63,922 bases of DNA, filler included, from Raillietiella orientalis (GCA_036172245.1; 8 parts of 8 records of this genome joined end to end with filler, not necessarily neighbours in it), one strand, 5' to 3'. Positions 50,801-63,922 are shown, counted from the whole stretch's first letter. Notes: generated by a model from the sequence alone, not told the origin. Made by a program: numbers and translations.

Positions 50801-52975
50801 GCAGTACACGACACTCACAGTAGATCCCCCCTTACGAATCGCAAATCCGTTCGACCCGACGACGTGAAAAGCAATTGAACTTACCTTGGAATCCCCGTTC
50901 CTCTTCACGGAATCCCTTTGGATCTTCCCAAATCGTCCCCGATGTCCACGTCTAGGATGGGTGGAAGGGGACACTTGAATTCGGCAGCATCACCTAAGAT
51001 TCAATAAACAATTTCTTGTATCTGCAAATCCCTTTACCTTCAGTTTCCAGGTATCCTCTGTCCTTGCAGTTCATCTTTCTCAATGGGCAGTACACGACAC
51101 TCACAGTAGATCCCCCCTTACGAATCGCAAATCCGTCCGACCCGACGACGTTAAAAGCAATTGAACTTACCTTGGAATCCCCGTTCCTCTTCACGGAATC
51201 CCTCTGCATCTTCCAAAATGGTCAACGATGTCCACGTCTAGGATGGGTGGAAGGGGACACTTGAATTCGGCAGCATCACCTAGGATTCAATAAACAATTT
51301 CTTGTATCTGCAAATCCCTTTACCTTCAGTTTCCAGGTATCCTCTCTCCTTGCAGTTTATCTTTCTCAATGGGCAGTACACGACACCCACTTTAGATCCC
51401 TCCTTGGGAATCGCAAATCCGTCCGACCCAACGACGACAAAAGCAATTGAACTTACCTTGGAATCCCCGTTCCTCTTCACGGAATCCCTCTGCATCTTCC
51501 CAAATGGTCCTCGATGTCCACGTCTAGGATGGGTGGAAGGGGACACTTGAATTCGGCAGCATCACCTAGGATTCAATAAAATACTTCTTGTTTCTACAAA
51601 TCCCTTTACCTTCGGTTTCCAAGGATCCTCTATCCTCGCATATCTTCTGTCTCCATGCGCAGTGCACGACACTCACAGTAGATCCCCCCTTACGAATCGC
51701 AAATCCGTTCGACCCGACGACGTGAAAAGCAATTGAACTTACCTTGGAATCCCCGTTTTTCTTCACGGAATCCCTCTGCGTCTTCCCAAATGGTCCCCGA
51801 TGTCCACGTCTAGGATGGGTGGAAGGGGACACTTGAATTCGGCAGCATCACCTAGGATTCAATAAACAATTTCTTGTATCTGCAAATCCCTTTACCTTCA
51901 GTTTCCAGGTATCCTCTGTCCTTGCAGTTCATCTTTCTCAATGGGCAGTACACGACACTCACAGTAGATCCCCCCTTACGAATCGCAAATCCGTCCGACC
52001 CGACGACGTGAAAAGCAATTGAACTTACCTTGGAATCCCCGTTCCTCTTCACGGAATCCCTCTGCATCTTCCCAAATGGTCCCCGATGTCCACGTCTAGG
52101 ATGGGTGGAAGGGGACACTTGATTCCGGCAGCATCACCTAGGATTCAATAAACAATTTCTTGTATCTGCAAATCCTTTTACCTTCAGTTTCCATGTATCC
52201 TCTGTCCTTGCAGTTCATCTTTCTCAATGGGCAGTACACGACACTCACAGTAGATCCCCCCTTACGAATCGCAAATCCGTTCGACCCGACGACGTGAAAA
52301 GCAATTGAACTTACCTTGGAATCCCCGTTTTTCTTCACGGAATCCCTCTGCGTCTTCCCAAATGGTCCCCGATGTCCACGTCTAGGATGGGTACAAGGGG
52401 ACACTTGAATTCGGCAGCATCACCTAGGATTCAATAAACAATTTCTTGTATCTGCAAATCCCTTTACCTTCAGTTTCCAGGTATCCTCTGTCCTTGCAGT
52501 TCATCTTTCTCAATGGGCAGTACACGACACTCACAGTAGATCCCCCCTTACGAATCGCAAATCCGTCCGACCCGACGACGTGAAAAGCAATTGAACTTAC
52601 CTTGGAATCCCCGTTCCTCTTCACGGAATCCCTCTGCATCTTCCCAAATGGTCCCCGATGTCCACGTCTAGGATGGGTGGAAGGGGACACTTGAATTCGG
52701 CAGCATCACCTAGGATTCAATAAACAATTTCTTGTATCTGCAAATCCCTTTACCTTCAGTTTCCAGGTATCCTCTGTCCTTGCAGTTCATCTTACTCAAT
52801 GGGCAGTACACGACACTCACAGTAGATCCCCCCTTACGAATCGCAAATCCGTCGGACCCGACGACGTGAAAAGCAATTGAACTTACCTTGGAATCCCCGT
52901 TCCTCTTCACGGAATCCCTCTGTATCTTCCCAAATGGTCCCCGATGTCCACGTCTAGGATGGGTGGAAGGGGACA
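44840..52975. repeat. Satellite array, 286-bp monomer (~28 copies)
   Basis: gaaaagcaattgaacttaccttggaatcccc recurs every 286 bp. Confidence 0.98.
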
Positions 52976-53075
52976 NNNNNNNNNNNNNNNNNNNNNNNNN
53001 NNNNNNNNNNNNNNNNNNNTTAATTAATTAANNNNNNNNNNNNNNNNNNNNNNNNNNNNNNNNNNNNNNNNNNNN

Positions 53076-56000
53076 GGAATTTGCCACTCACTGCAAATCG
53101 ATGCTTCGTGAAGAGGCGCAAAAGTGCAATGGTGAAATCTTCTGATTTCGAGTTGATTACAAAACCTCAATAGTTGCAAATTTGGACCAAATAATGAATC
53201 AGAGCGAATGAGAAGATTGCCTTTCTAATTCCGACACTGGTTACCATGAAAACAACACAGAATGCAAAGTGCCACGCCCTAATGAAATGTCGAACTCTTC
53301 TTAATGACCCTCTGAAACCAGGAAATCGGAAGGCTCTGCGGCTCTCCATGAAGGGAGTTTGCCACTCACTGCAAATGAAAGGTTCGTGAAGAGGCGCAAA
53401 AGTGCAATGGTGAAATCTTCTGATTTCGAGTTGATTACAAAACCTCAATAGTTGCAAATTTGGACCAAATAATGAATCAAAGCGAATGAGAAGATTGCCT
53501 TTCTAATTCCGACACTGGTTACCATGAAAACAACACAGAATGCAAAGTGCCACGCCCTAATGAAATGTCGAACTCTTCTTAATGACCCTCTGAAACCAGG
53601 AAATTGGAAGGCTTTGCGGCTCTCCATGAAGGGAATTTGCCACTCACTGCAAATGGAAGGTTCGTGAAGAGGCGCAAAAGTGCAATGGTGAAATCTTCTG
53701 ATTTCGAGTTGATTACAAAACCTCAATAGTTGCAAATTTGGACCAAATAATGAATCAGAGCGAATGAGAAGATTGCCTTTCTAATTCCGACACTGGTTAC
53801 CATGAAAACAACACAGAATGCAAAGTGCCACGCCCTAATGAAATGTCGAACTCTTCTTAATGACCCTCTGAAACCAGGAAATTGGAACGCTTTGCGGCTC
53901 TCCATGAAGGGAATTTGCCACTCACTGCAAATGAAAGGTTCGTGAAGAGGCGCAAAAGTGCAATGGTGAAATCTTCTGATTTCCAGTTGTTTACAAAACC
54001 TCAATAGTTGCAAATTTGGACCAAATAATGAATCAGAGCGAATGAGAAGATTGTCTTTCTAACTCCGACACTGGTTACCATGAAAACAACACAGAATGCA
54101 AAGTGCCACGCCCTAATGAAATGTCGAACTCTTCTTAATGATCCTCTGAAACCAGGAAATTGGAAGGCTTTGCGGCTCTCCATGAAAGGAATTTGCCACT
54201 CACTGCAAATGAAAGGTTCGTGAAGAGGCGCAAAAGTGCAATGGTGAAATCTTCTGATTTCTAGTTGATTACAAAACCTCAATAGTTGCAAATTTGGACC
54301 AAATAATGAATCAGAGCGAATGAGAAGATTGCCTTTCTAATTGCGACACTGGTTACCATGAAAACAACACAGAATGCAAAGTGCCACGCCCTAATGAAAT
54401 GTCGAACTCTTCTTAATGACCCTCTGAAACCAGGAAATTGGAACGCTTTGCGGCTCTCCATGAAGGGAATTTGCCACTCACTGCAAATGAAAGGTTCGTG
54501 AAGAGGCGCAAAAGTGCAATGGTGAAATCTTCTGATTTCGAGTTGATTACAAAACCTCAATAGTTGCAAATTTGTTCCAAATAATGAATCAAAGCGAATG
54601 AGAAGATTGCCTTTCTAATTCCGACACTGGTTACCATGAAAACAACACAGAATACAAAGTGGCACGCCCTAATGAAATGTCGAACTCTTCTTAGTGATCC
54701 TCTGAAACCAGGAAATTGGGAGGCCTTGCGGCTCTCCATGAAGGGAATTTGCCACTCACTGCAAATGAAAGGTTCGTGAAGAGGCGCAAAAGTGCAATGG
54801 TGAAATCTTCTGATTTCCAGTTGTTTACAAAACCTCAATAGTTGCAAATTTGGACCAAATAATGAATCAGAGCGAATGAGAAGATTGTCTTTCTAACTCC
54901 GACACTGGTTACCATGAAAACAACACAGAATGGAAAGTGCCACGCCCTAATGAAATGTCGAACTCTTCTTAATGATCCTCTGAAACCAGGAAATTGGAAG
55001 GCTTTGCGGCTCTCCATGAAAGGAATTTGCCACTCACTGCAAATGAAAGGTTCGTGAAGAGGCGCAAAAGTGCAATGGTGAAATCTTCTGATTTCTAGTT
55101 GATTACAAAACCTCAATAGTTGCAAATTTGGACCAAATAATGAATCAGAGCGAATGAGAAGATTGCCTTTCTAATTGCGACACTGGTTACCATGAAAACA
55201 ACACAGAATGCAAAGTGCCACGCCCTAATGAAATGTCGAACTCTTCTTAATGACCCTCTGAAACCAGGAAATTGGAACGCTTTGCGGCTCTCCATGAAGG
55301 GAATTTGCCACTCACTGCAAATGAAAGGTTCGTGAAGAGGCGCAAAATTGCAATGGTGAAATCTTCTGATTTCGAGTTGATTACAAAACCTCAATAGTTG
55401 CAAATTTGGACCAAATAATGAATCGGAGCGAATGAGACGATTGCCTTTCTAATTTCGACACTGGTTACCATCAAAACAACACAGAATGCAAAGTGCCACG
55501 CCCTAATGAAATGTCGAACTCTTCTTAATGATCCTCTGAAACCAGGAAATCGGAAGGCTCTGCGGCTCTCCATGAAGGGAGTTTGCCACTCACTGCAAAT
55601 GAGAGGTTCGTGAAGAGGCGCAAAAGTGCAATGGTGAAATCTTCTGATTTCGAGTTGATTACAAAACCTCAATAGTTGCAAATTTGGACCAAATAATGAA
55701 TCAAAGCGAATGAGAAGATTGCCTTTCTAATTCCGACACTGGTTACCATGAAAACAACACAGAATGCAAAGTGGCACGCCCTAATGAAATGTCGCACTCT
55801 TCTTAGTGATCCTCTGAAACCAGGAAATTGGAAGGCTCTGCGGCTCTCCATGAAGGGAATTTGCCACTCACTGCAAATGAAAGGTTCGTGAAGAGGCGCA
55901 AAAGTGCAATGGTGAAATCTTCTGATTTCCAGTTGTTTACAAAACCTCAATAGTTGCAAATTTGGACCAAATAATGAATCAGAGCGAATGAGAAGATTGT

Positions 56001-59000
56001 CTTTCTAATTCCGACACTGGTTACCATGAAAACAACACAGAATGCAAAGTGCCACGCCCTAATGAAATGTCGAACTCTTCTTAAAGACCCTCTGAAACCA
56101 GGAAATTGGAAGGCTTTGCGGCTCTCCATGAAGGGAATTTGCCACTCACTGCAAATGGAAGGTTCGTGAAGAGGCGCAAAAGTGCAATGGTGAAATCTTC
56201 TGATTTCTAGTTGATTACAAAACCTCAATAGTTGCAAATTTGGACCAAATAATGAATCAGAGCGAATGAGAAGATTGCCTTTCTAATTCCGACACTGGTT
56301 ACCATGAAAACAAACCAGAATGCAAAGTGCCACGCCCTAATGAAATGTCGAACTCTTCTTAATGACCCTCTGAAACCAGGAAATTGGAAAACTTTGCGGC
56401 TCTCCATGAAGGGAATTTGCCACTCACTGCAAATGGATGCTTCGTGAAGAGGCGCAAAAGTGCAATGGTGAAATCTTCTGATTTCGAGTTGATTACAAAA
56501 CCTCAATAGTTGCAAATTTGGACCAAATAATGAATCAGAGCGAATGAGAAGATTGCCTTTCTAATTCCGACACTGGTTACCATGAAAGCAACACAGAATG
56601 CAAAGTGCCACGCCCTAATGAAATGTCGAACTCTTCTTAATGACCCTCTGAAACCAGGAAATCGGAAGGCTCTGCGGCTCTCCATGAAGGGAATTTGCCA
56701 CTCACTGCAAATGAAAGGTTCGTGAAGAGGCGCAAAAGTGCAATGGTGAAATCTTCTGATTTCCAGTTGTTTACAAAACCTCAATAGTTGCAAATTTGGA
56801 CCAAATAATGAATCAAAGCGAATGAGAAGATTGCCTTTCTAATTCCGACACTGGTTAACATGAAAACAACACGGAATGCAAAGTGCCACGCCCTAATGAA
56901 ATGTCGAACTCTTCTTAATGACCCTCTGAAACCAGGAAATTGGAAGGCTTTGCGGCTATCCTTGAAGGGAATTTACCACTCACTGCAAATGAAAGTTTCG
57001 TGAAGAGGCGCAAAATTGCAATGGTGAAATCTTCTGATTTCGTGTTGATTACAAAACCTCAATAGTTGCAAATTTGGAACAAATAATGAATCAGAGCGAA
57101 TGAGAAGATTGCCTTTCTAATTCCGACACTGGTTAACATGAAAACAACACAGAATGCAAAGTGCCACGCCCTAATGAAATGTCGAACCCTTCTTAATGAC
57201 CCTCTGAAACCAGGAAATTGGAAGGCTTTGCGGCTCTCCATGAAGGGAGTTTGCCACTCACTGCAAATGAGAGGTTCGTGAAGAGGCGCAAAAGTGCAAT
57301 GGTGAAATCTTCTGATTTCGAGTTGATTACAAAACCTCAATAGTTGCAAATTTGGACCAAATAATGAATCAAAGCGAATGAGAAGATTGCCTTTCTAATT
57401 CCGACACTGGTTACCATGAAAACAACACAGAATGCAAAGTGGCACGCCCTAATGAAATGTCGAACTCTTCTTAGTGATCCTCAGAAACCAGGAAATTGGG
57501 AGGCCTTGCGGCTCTCCATGAAGGGAATTTGCCACTCACTGCAAATGAAAGGTTCGTGAAGAGGCGCAAAAGTGCAATGGTGAAATCTTCTGATTTCGAG
57601 TTGATTACAAAACCTCAATAGTTGCAAATTTGGACCAAATAATGAATCGGAGCGAATGAGACGATTGCCTTTCTAATTTCGACACTGGTTACCATCAAAA
57701 CAACACAGAATGCAAAGTGCCACGCCCTAATGAAATGTCGAACTCTTCTTAATGATCCTCTGAAACCAGGAAATCGGAAGGCTCTGCGGCTCTCCATGAA
57801 GGGAATTTGCCACTCACTGCAAATGAAAGGTTCGTGAAGAGGCGCAAAAGTGCAATGGTGAAATCTTCTGATTTCGAGTTGATTACAAAACCTCAATAGT
57901 TGCAAATTTGTTCCAAATAATGAATCAAAGCGAATGAGAAGATTGCCTTTCTAATTCCGACACTGGTTACCATGAAAACAACACAGAATGCAAAGTGGCA
58001 CGCCCTAATGAAATGTCGCACTCTTCTTAGTGATCCTCTGAAACCAGGAAATTGGGAGGCCTTGCGGCTCTCCATGAAGGGAATTTGCCACTCACTGCAA
58101 ATGAAAGGTTCGTGAAGAGGCGCAAAAGTGCAATGGTGAAATCTTCTGATTTCCAGTTGTTTACAAAACCTCAATAGTTGCAAATTTGGACCAAATAATG
58201 AATCAGAGCGAATGAGAAGATTGTCTTTCTAATTCCGACACTGGTTACCATGAAAACAACACGGAATGCAAAGTGCCACGCCCTAATGAAATGTCGTACT
58301 CTTCTTAATGACCCTCTGAAACCAGGAAATTGGAAGGCTTTGCGGCTCTCCATGAAGGGAATTTGCCACTCACTGCAAATGAAAGGTTCGTGAAGAGGCG
58401 CAAAATTGCAATGGTGAAATCTTCTGATTTCGTGTTGATTACAAAACCTCAATAGTTGCAAATTTGGAACAAATAATGAATCAGAGCGAATGAGAAGATT
58501 GCCTTTCTAATTCCGACACTGGTTAACATGAAAACAACACGGAATGCAAAGTGCCACGCCCTAATGAAATGTCGAACTCTTCTTAATGACCCTCTGAAAC
58601 CAGGAAATTGGAAGGCTTTGCGGCTATCCTTGAAGGGAATTTACCACTCACTGCAAATGAAAGGTTCGTGAAGAGGCGCAAAATTGCAATGGTGAAATCT
58701 TCTGATTTCGTGTTGATTACAAAACCTCAATAGTTGCAAATTTGGAACAAATAATGAATCAGAGCGAATGAGAAGATTGCCTTTCTAATTCCGACACTGG
58801 TTAACATGAAAACAACACAGAATGCAAAGTGCCACGCCCTAATGAAATGTCGAACTCTTCTTAATGACCCTCTGAAACCAGGAAATTGGAAGGCTTTGCG
58901 GCTCTCCTTGAAGGGAATTTACCACTCACTGCAAATGAAAGGTTCGTGAAGAGGCGCAAAATTGCAATGGTGAAATCTTCTGATTTCGTGTTGATTACAA

Positions 59001-61140
59001 AACCTCAATAGTTGCAAATTTGGACCAAATAATGAATCGGAGCGAATGAGAAGATTGCCTTTCTAATTCCGACACTGGTTACCATGAAAACAACACAGAA
59101 TGCAAAGTGCCACGCCCTAATGAAATGTCGAACTCTTCTTAATGACCCTCTGAAACCAGGAAATTGGAAGGCTTTGCGGCTCTCCATGAAGGGAATTTGC
59201 CACTCACTGCAAATGGATGCTTCGTGAAGAGGCGCAAAAGTGCAATGGTGAAATCTTCTGAATTCGAATTGATTACAAAACCTAAAAAGTTGCAAATTTG
59301 GACCAAATAATGAATCAGAGCGAATGAAAAGATTGCCTTTCTAATTCCGACACTGGTTACCATGAAAACAACACAGAATGCAAAGTGCCACGCCCTAATG
59401 AAATGTCGAACTCTTCTTAATGACCCTCTGAAACCAGGAAATTGGAAGGCTTTGCGGCTCTCCATGAAGGGAATTTGCCACTCACTGCAAATGGATGCTT
59501 CGTGAAGAGGCGCAAAAGTGCAATGCTGAAATCCTCTGAATTCGAATTGATTACAAAACCTCAATAGTTGCAAATTTGGACCAAATAATGAATCAGAGCG
59601 AATGAAAAGATTGCCTTTCTAATTCCGACACTGGTTACCATCAAAACAACACAGAATGCAAAGTGCCACGCCCTAATGAAATGTCGAACTCTTCTTAATG
59701 ACCCTCTGAAACCAGGAAATCTGAATGCTTTGCGGCTCTCCATGAAGGGAATTTGCCACTCACTGCAAATGAAAGGTTCGTGAAGAGGCGCAAAAGTGCA
59801 ATGGTGAAATCTTCTGATTTCTAGTTGATTACAAAACCTCAATAGTTGCAAATTTGGACCAAATAATGAATCAGAGCGAATGAAAAGATTGCCTTTCTAA
59901 TTCCGACACTGGTTACCATGAAAACAACACAGAATCCAAAGTGCCACGCCCCCATAATGAAATGTCGAACTGTTCTTAATGATCCTCTGAAACCAGGAAA
60001 TTGGGAGGCTTTGCGGATCTCCATGAAGAGTACTTGCCACTCACTGCAAATGGATGGTTCCTGAAGAGGCGCAAAAGTGCAATGGTGAAATCTTCTCATT
60101 TCTAGTTGATTACAAAACCTCAATAGTTGCAAATTTGGACCAAATAATGAATCAGAGCGAATGAGAAGATTGCCTTTCTAATTCCGACACTGGTTACCAT
60201 GAAAACAACACAGAATGCAAAGTGCCACGCCCTAATGAAATGTCGAACTCTTCTTAATGACCCTCTGAAACCAGGAAATCGGAAGGCTCTGCGGCTCTCC
60301 ATGAAGGGAGTTTGCCACTCACTGCAAATGAAAGGTTCGTGAAGAGGCGCAAAAGTGCAATGGTGAAATCTTCTGATTTCGAGTTGATTACAAAACCTCA
60401 ATAGTTGCAAATTTGGACCAAATAATGAATCAAAGCGAATGAGAAGATTGCCTTTCTAATTCCGACACTGGTTACCATGAAAACAACACAGAATGCAAAG
60501 TGCCACGCCCTAATGAAATGTCGAACTCTTCTTAATGACCCTCTGAAACCAGGAAATTGGAAGGCTTTGCGGCTCTCCATGAAGGGAATTTGCCACTCAC
60601 TGCAAATGGATGCTTCGTGAAGAGGCGCAAAAGTGCAATGGTGAAATCTTCTGATTTCGAGTTGATTACAAAACCTCAATAGTTGCAAATTTGGACCAAA
60701 TAATGAATCAGAGCGAATGAGAAGATTGCCTTTCTAATTCCGACACTGGTTACCATGAAAACAACACAGAATGCAAAGTGCCACGCCCTAATGAAATGTC
60801 GAACTCTTCTTAATGATCCTCTGAAACCAGGAAATTGGAAGGCTTTGCGGCTCTCCATGAAGGGAATTTGCCACTCACTGCAAATGAAAGGTTCGTGAAG
60901 AGGCGCAAAAGTGCAATGGTGAAATCTTCTGATTTCGAGTTGATTACAAAACCTCAATAGTTGCAAATTTGGACCAAATAATGAATCAGAGCGAATGAGA
61001 AGATTGCCTTTCTAATTCCGACACTGGTTACCATCAAAACAACACAGAATGCAAAGTGCCACGCCCTAATGAAATGTCGAACTCTTCTTAATGATCCTCT
61101 GAAACCAGGAAATTGGGAGGCTTTGCGGCTCTCCATGAAG
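53076..61140 (-). repeat. Satellite array, 278-bp monomer, homogeneous subfamily of the 36509-44739 family in reverse orientation (~29 copies)
   Basis: gtgaagaggcgcaaaagtgcaatggtgaaatct is the reverse complement of the contig-5 motif; period 278. Confidence 0.98.
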
Positions 61141-61501
61141 NNNNNNNNNNNNNNNNNNNNNNNNNNNNNNNNNNNNNNNNNNNNTTAATTAATTAANNNN
61201 NNNNNNNNNNNNNNNNNNNNNNNNNNNNNNNNNNNNNNNNTGGGAAAGGGAAGCATCCCGCAATGGTTCGGTAAAAGAGAGGCACTGGGTGGGCGGCTTG
61301 CTGAGTTGGCACACTTTTCGAATGGTCTTCTGCATCACGAGAGATGCGATTCATGTGTGCATACTTCGTGACCATCGAGCAGCTAAGAGATAGGATGCAA
61401 ATGCAGCACGCTTCACAGCATGCCGAGACAGTCCAGCACTGCAGTCGAACCACTGCGTGTCACTTTGCGTTCCGCTTTTCGATCCTCCCGTGTTGGGGGG
61501 T

Positions 61502-61651
61502 AGTGGGCCGATTTCGGAGGTACTGCAATACCGGGTCAACCCGCGACAGGAGAGGAGCAAGCTCCAAGCATCCCGTCCACTTCCAAAAAGTAGTTTAATA
61601 TACTGGCCACCAGATAGGTGGCGTATCAGATATTAAGCTGATAAGAACAGA
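61502..61651 (-). ncRNA. U2: U2 snRNA, 3' portion (nt ~40 to end)
   Basis: TCTGTTCTTATCAGCTTAATATCTGATACG (stem IIa), Sm-like ACTTTTTGG, and stem-loop IV with the ATTGCAGT loop. Confidence 0.95.
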
Positions 61652-63055
61652 GTTTTATTACGTCATATTTTCTTACATATTTCCTTTGATAAAAAGGGGG
61701 TTTTGTTACATTGGTTATTTACATGGTTTAACAATCACACAATCACAATCTAATAAGTTCAGGCTTGTGAAGTTTACTTTTCCAGTTCCAATACTTACTA
61801 TTGTCTATGGGCGTCAGAGGTGGTCCAGTTTATTTTGAGGGGTTGAGTGTACTTTCTTTAGCATGAAAGATTCGATTCAGTCATCATCTTCAGCAATCTA
61901 TTCAGGAAAGTTCGGAATACACATGAAAGGTGGGGAGGGGAGGGATTTCGTGACAATTCGGGGAGGGGAGTCACTGTGGGAGGGGAATGGGAGGTGGATT
62001 CATTTTCCATTTGTTCTTCGGTATCATGGGAGATATGTTGGATGTAAATGTTCCGCGACCATCGTATGGCCAACATCGACGATGTATTGGCAATTTGCTT
62101 GACAGCATGCTGGGATGGTCCAGCCAAGCGATGAATAGCATCGTTCGAGGGATCCCAAGAACCAAGCGTGCCTACTACAATTGCTTCATTTAACACTTGG
62201 AGGCCTGGGGATTCCAGAAAACGTTGCAGCGGAAGGTATTTTACTTGTTTTCTTTCGCGTGCCGCGTTAAACGAAGATAGCCTGTTTTCATATGGAACCA
62301 CCAAGTCAAGGATGAGGGCATGAGATAAGTCACGAAAAAAGAGGTCTGGCCGTAAGGTGGAGTGGGAGTCCGGAATACATCGATCGCTTGAGGACATAGG
62401 CCAAAGGGGTATAATGTTTCTTTAAGAATCTCTAGAAAGGCATTATGCCTCGAGGATATAGATGTACCGAGATGAGCGGGACAATGTGATAGAACATGAG
62501 CTAGTGTTTCCTTTGGATGGGGACATTTTCGGCATTTTTCTGTAAATCCAGGCCTTTTCCTATTTCCATTTAATGGTAACTGATTTAAAAGTGCGCGGTG
62601 AATGAACCTCCAATCGGCGAACCCAATCAGCAAATCCGCTTCTAGAAAGCTCATTGATGCCGAATGCTTTATTACGCACTCCATTGATCGTCCTTGGTCG
62701 AGTTTGGAGAGGAGGGATTTGATTTTTTGATCTCTCAATAGACATCGAATTGACTTTGCAATTTGTCTCCTCGATGTCGGGAATAAAATTTTGTAATTAT
62801 CCGGGTTAGCACCTGTGAGGCGAAGCACAATTTCAGTTTCCACCAGATCCAAGAAAATTGGTAGGGACTTTGACAGAGAGCGGCAGCGTGACCAGAATGT
62901 TTTCGGGTCACCGCTTTGTTTGTCTAACGGGGGGTTGCAAGAGCCGTTGAGGAAGTCGATTATCATTTGTAGGTCCGGGATGCAGTGGGTTTTTCTTCGA
63001 ACAGCATCACTTAATGTGTCAAATGCTAATGATGAAATCATATTGTCGGGACAAC
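61652..63055 (-). mobile_element. 5'-truncated RLE-type non-LTR retrotransposon inserted in U2 (Utopia-like)
   Basis: WRFIHRALLNQLP, CRKC...ETLAHVLSHC...RHN zinc knuckle, and RPDL...ILDLVVPYE...K..KY...VGTLGSW restriction-like endonuclease. Frameshift near 62385. The 3' UTR ends AATAAAAC directly against U2. Confidence 0.9.
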
Positions 63056-63066
63056 ACTACACTTTG

Positions 63067-63104
63067 ACTACACTTTGATCTTAGCCAAAAGGCCGAGAAG
63101 CGAT
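63067..63104 (-). ncRNA. U2: U2 snRNA, 5' 38 nt
   Basis: ATCGCTTCTCGGCCTTTTGGCTAAGATCAAAGTGTAGT, including most of the branch-point pairing sequence GTAGT(A). Confidence 0.96.
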
Positions 63105-63922
63105 AGCTTGGGAAGCTGCGGAATATCGGTACTTCTCGGAAGATGCGTCCTCCGCGCAGTGCTAGACCGCCCGACACCCGGTTGCGGCGCGGCGAAGCGC
63201 CTGCGGGGCCGGCGAGCTCGCGCGTCGCGCCGTCTCGACTTCCCGAGCTCGATGCTGCGGCGCCCGCGGAGCGGGGCGGCGGGACCGCCCGCGAGTGCCA
63301 GACGACGACCTCGATCGCCGAAGGCACGCCGTGCCGTACGCGTCATCTAGCGGAAGACGAGCATGGTGGACGCGCGTTCGGCTAGATGGCGGGACGGAAC
63401 GCATCTTGCTCGCGTGTCCCGCTGAGCCGGAAACGGCGCCTTCGCGTTCGCGAGTCGGCGGCGCTCCCACGGGGATGCGCTGGCGCGCACGCACGGAGGC
63501 CTCCGCTGGTGCCGGGCTGTTCCGGAGGAGGGGCGGCACGTGACCGAAAGGGGCGGAGCGTTCGGAAGCGCTCCCGCGCACCCATTGCGCAGCGCTCCAG
63601 CGCGGGGAAGGAGCGTCCCCTTCCGCGCGACCCTTCCCCGCATCCCGCGCCCCGAAATGGCAGGCGCGGAAGCTCGCATGCCCGCGGGGAGGTAAGCTGG
63701 CGAGAGGATGATGGCTGCGAGCGTTGTTCGTTGGGCTGCTGTCGTGGAACGCGCCTTCCGGTCGAATGGGTTTCGCACGCGATCGCCCTCGCTCGCGAAC
63801 CCCGGGCGTCCGAACGTTCGGCCGCACCGGCATCCGAGTGGCCGGTGCGGCGGGAGCGTTTGCGTCGCGCGGGCCGAACTGGAGATCTAGCAGCGTTTCG
63901 CGCCGTTGCGCGGCGGCCGTTC
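63105..63922 (-). promoter_or_regulatory. GC/CpG-rich upstream region of the U2 gene, expected to contain the PSE
   Basis: Lies directly 5' of U2 +1 with a sharp shift to high GC. No PSE consensus could be assigned by eye. Confidence 0.4.

Noticed and set aside
44840..61140. Dozens of 82-96 aa ORFs recurring every 286 or 278 bp
   Set aside because: Translations of satellite monomers, with no sign of coding constraint.
27596..61140. CRISPR array or hammerhead-ribozyme (retrozyme) reading of the tandem repeats
   Set aside because: There are no unique spacers or cas genes. I found no CTGANGA...GAAA core with flanking stems by eye; an Infernal search would settle the ribozyme question.
63105..63922. 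GC-rich ORFs or an rDNA spacer upstream of U2
   Set aside because: Low-complexity Arg/Ala/Pro translations on both strands, and no rRNA sequence recognised.

Overview
The window is not one locus. It holds eight unplaced contigs from a eukaryotic (animal) assembly, joined by 100-nt N/TTAATTAATTAA linkers; the six complete contigs fall in descending size. (1) 1-9121: three decayed pieces of a Tx1/L1-type non-LTR retrotransposon family. One is nearly full-length; the other two look like one element broken by an inversion plus deletion. (2) 9222-18331: about 9 kb of a divergent arthropod mitogenome with the pancrustacean cox1-trnL2-cox2 arrangement, a reshuffled tRNA cluster, T-armless tRNAs and an apparently armless trnC. 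It also has a trnL2-cox2 tandem duplication whose extra copy remains an intact 134-aa cox2-derived ORF. (3) 18432-27495: single-copy-looking DNA bounded by ~390-bp terminal inverted repeats, carrying spliced exons of a divergent pepsin-like protein whose catalytic motif is altered. (4-7) Satellite arrays with 180-, 278-, 286- and 278-bp monomers, some with higher-order structure. (8) 61241-63922: a U2 snRNA gene split by a 5'-truncated Utopia-type (RLE) retrotransposon. All calls come from reading and hand-translating the sequence; no database search was run.
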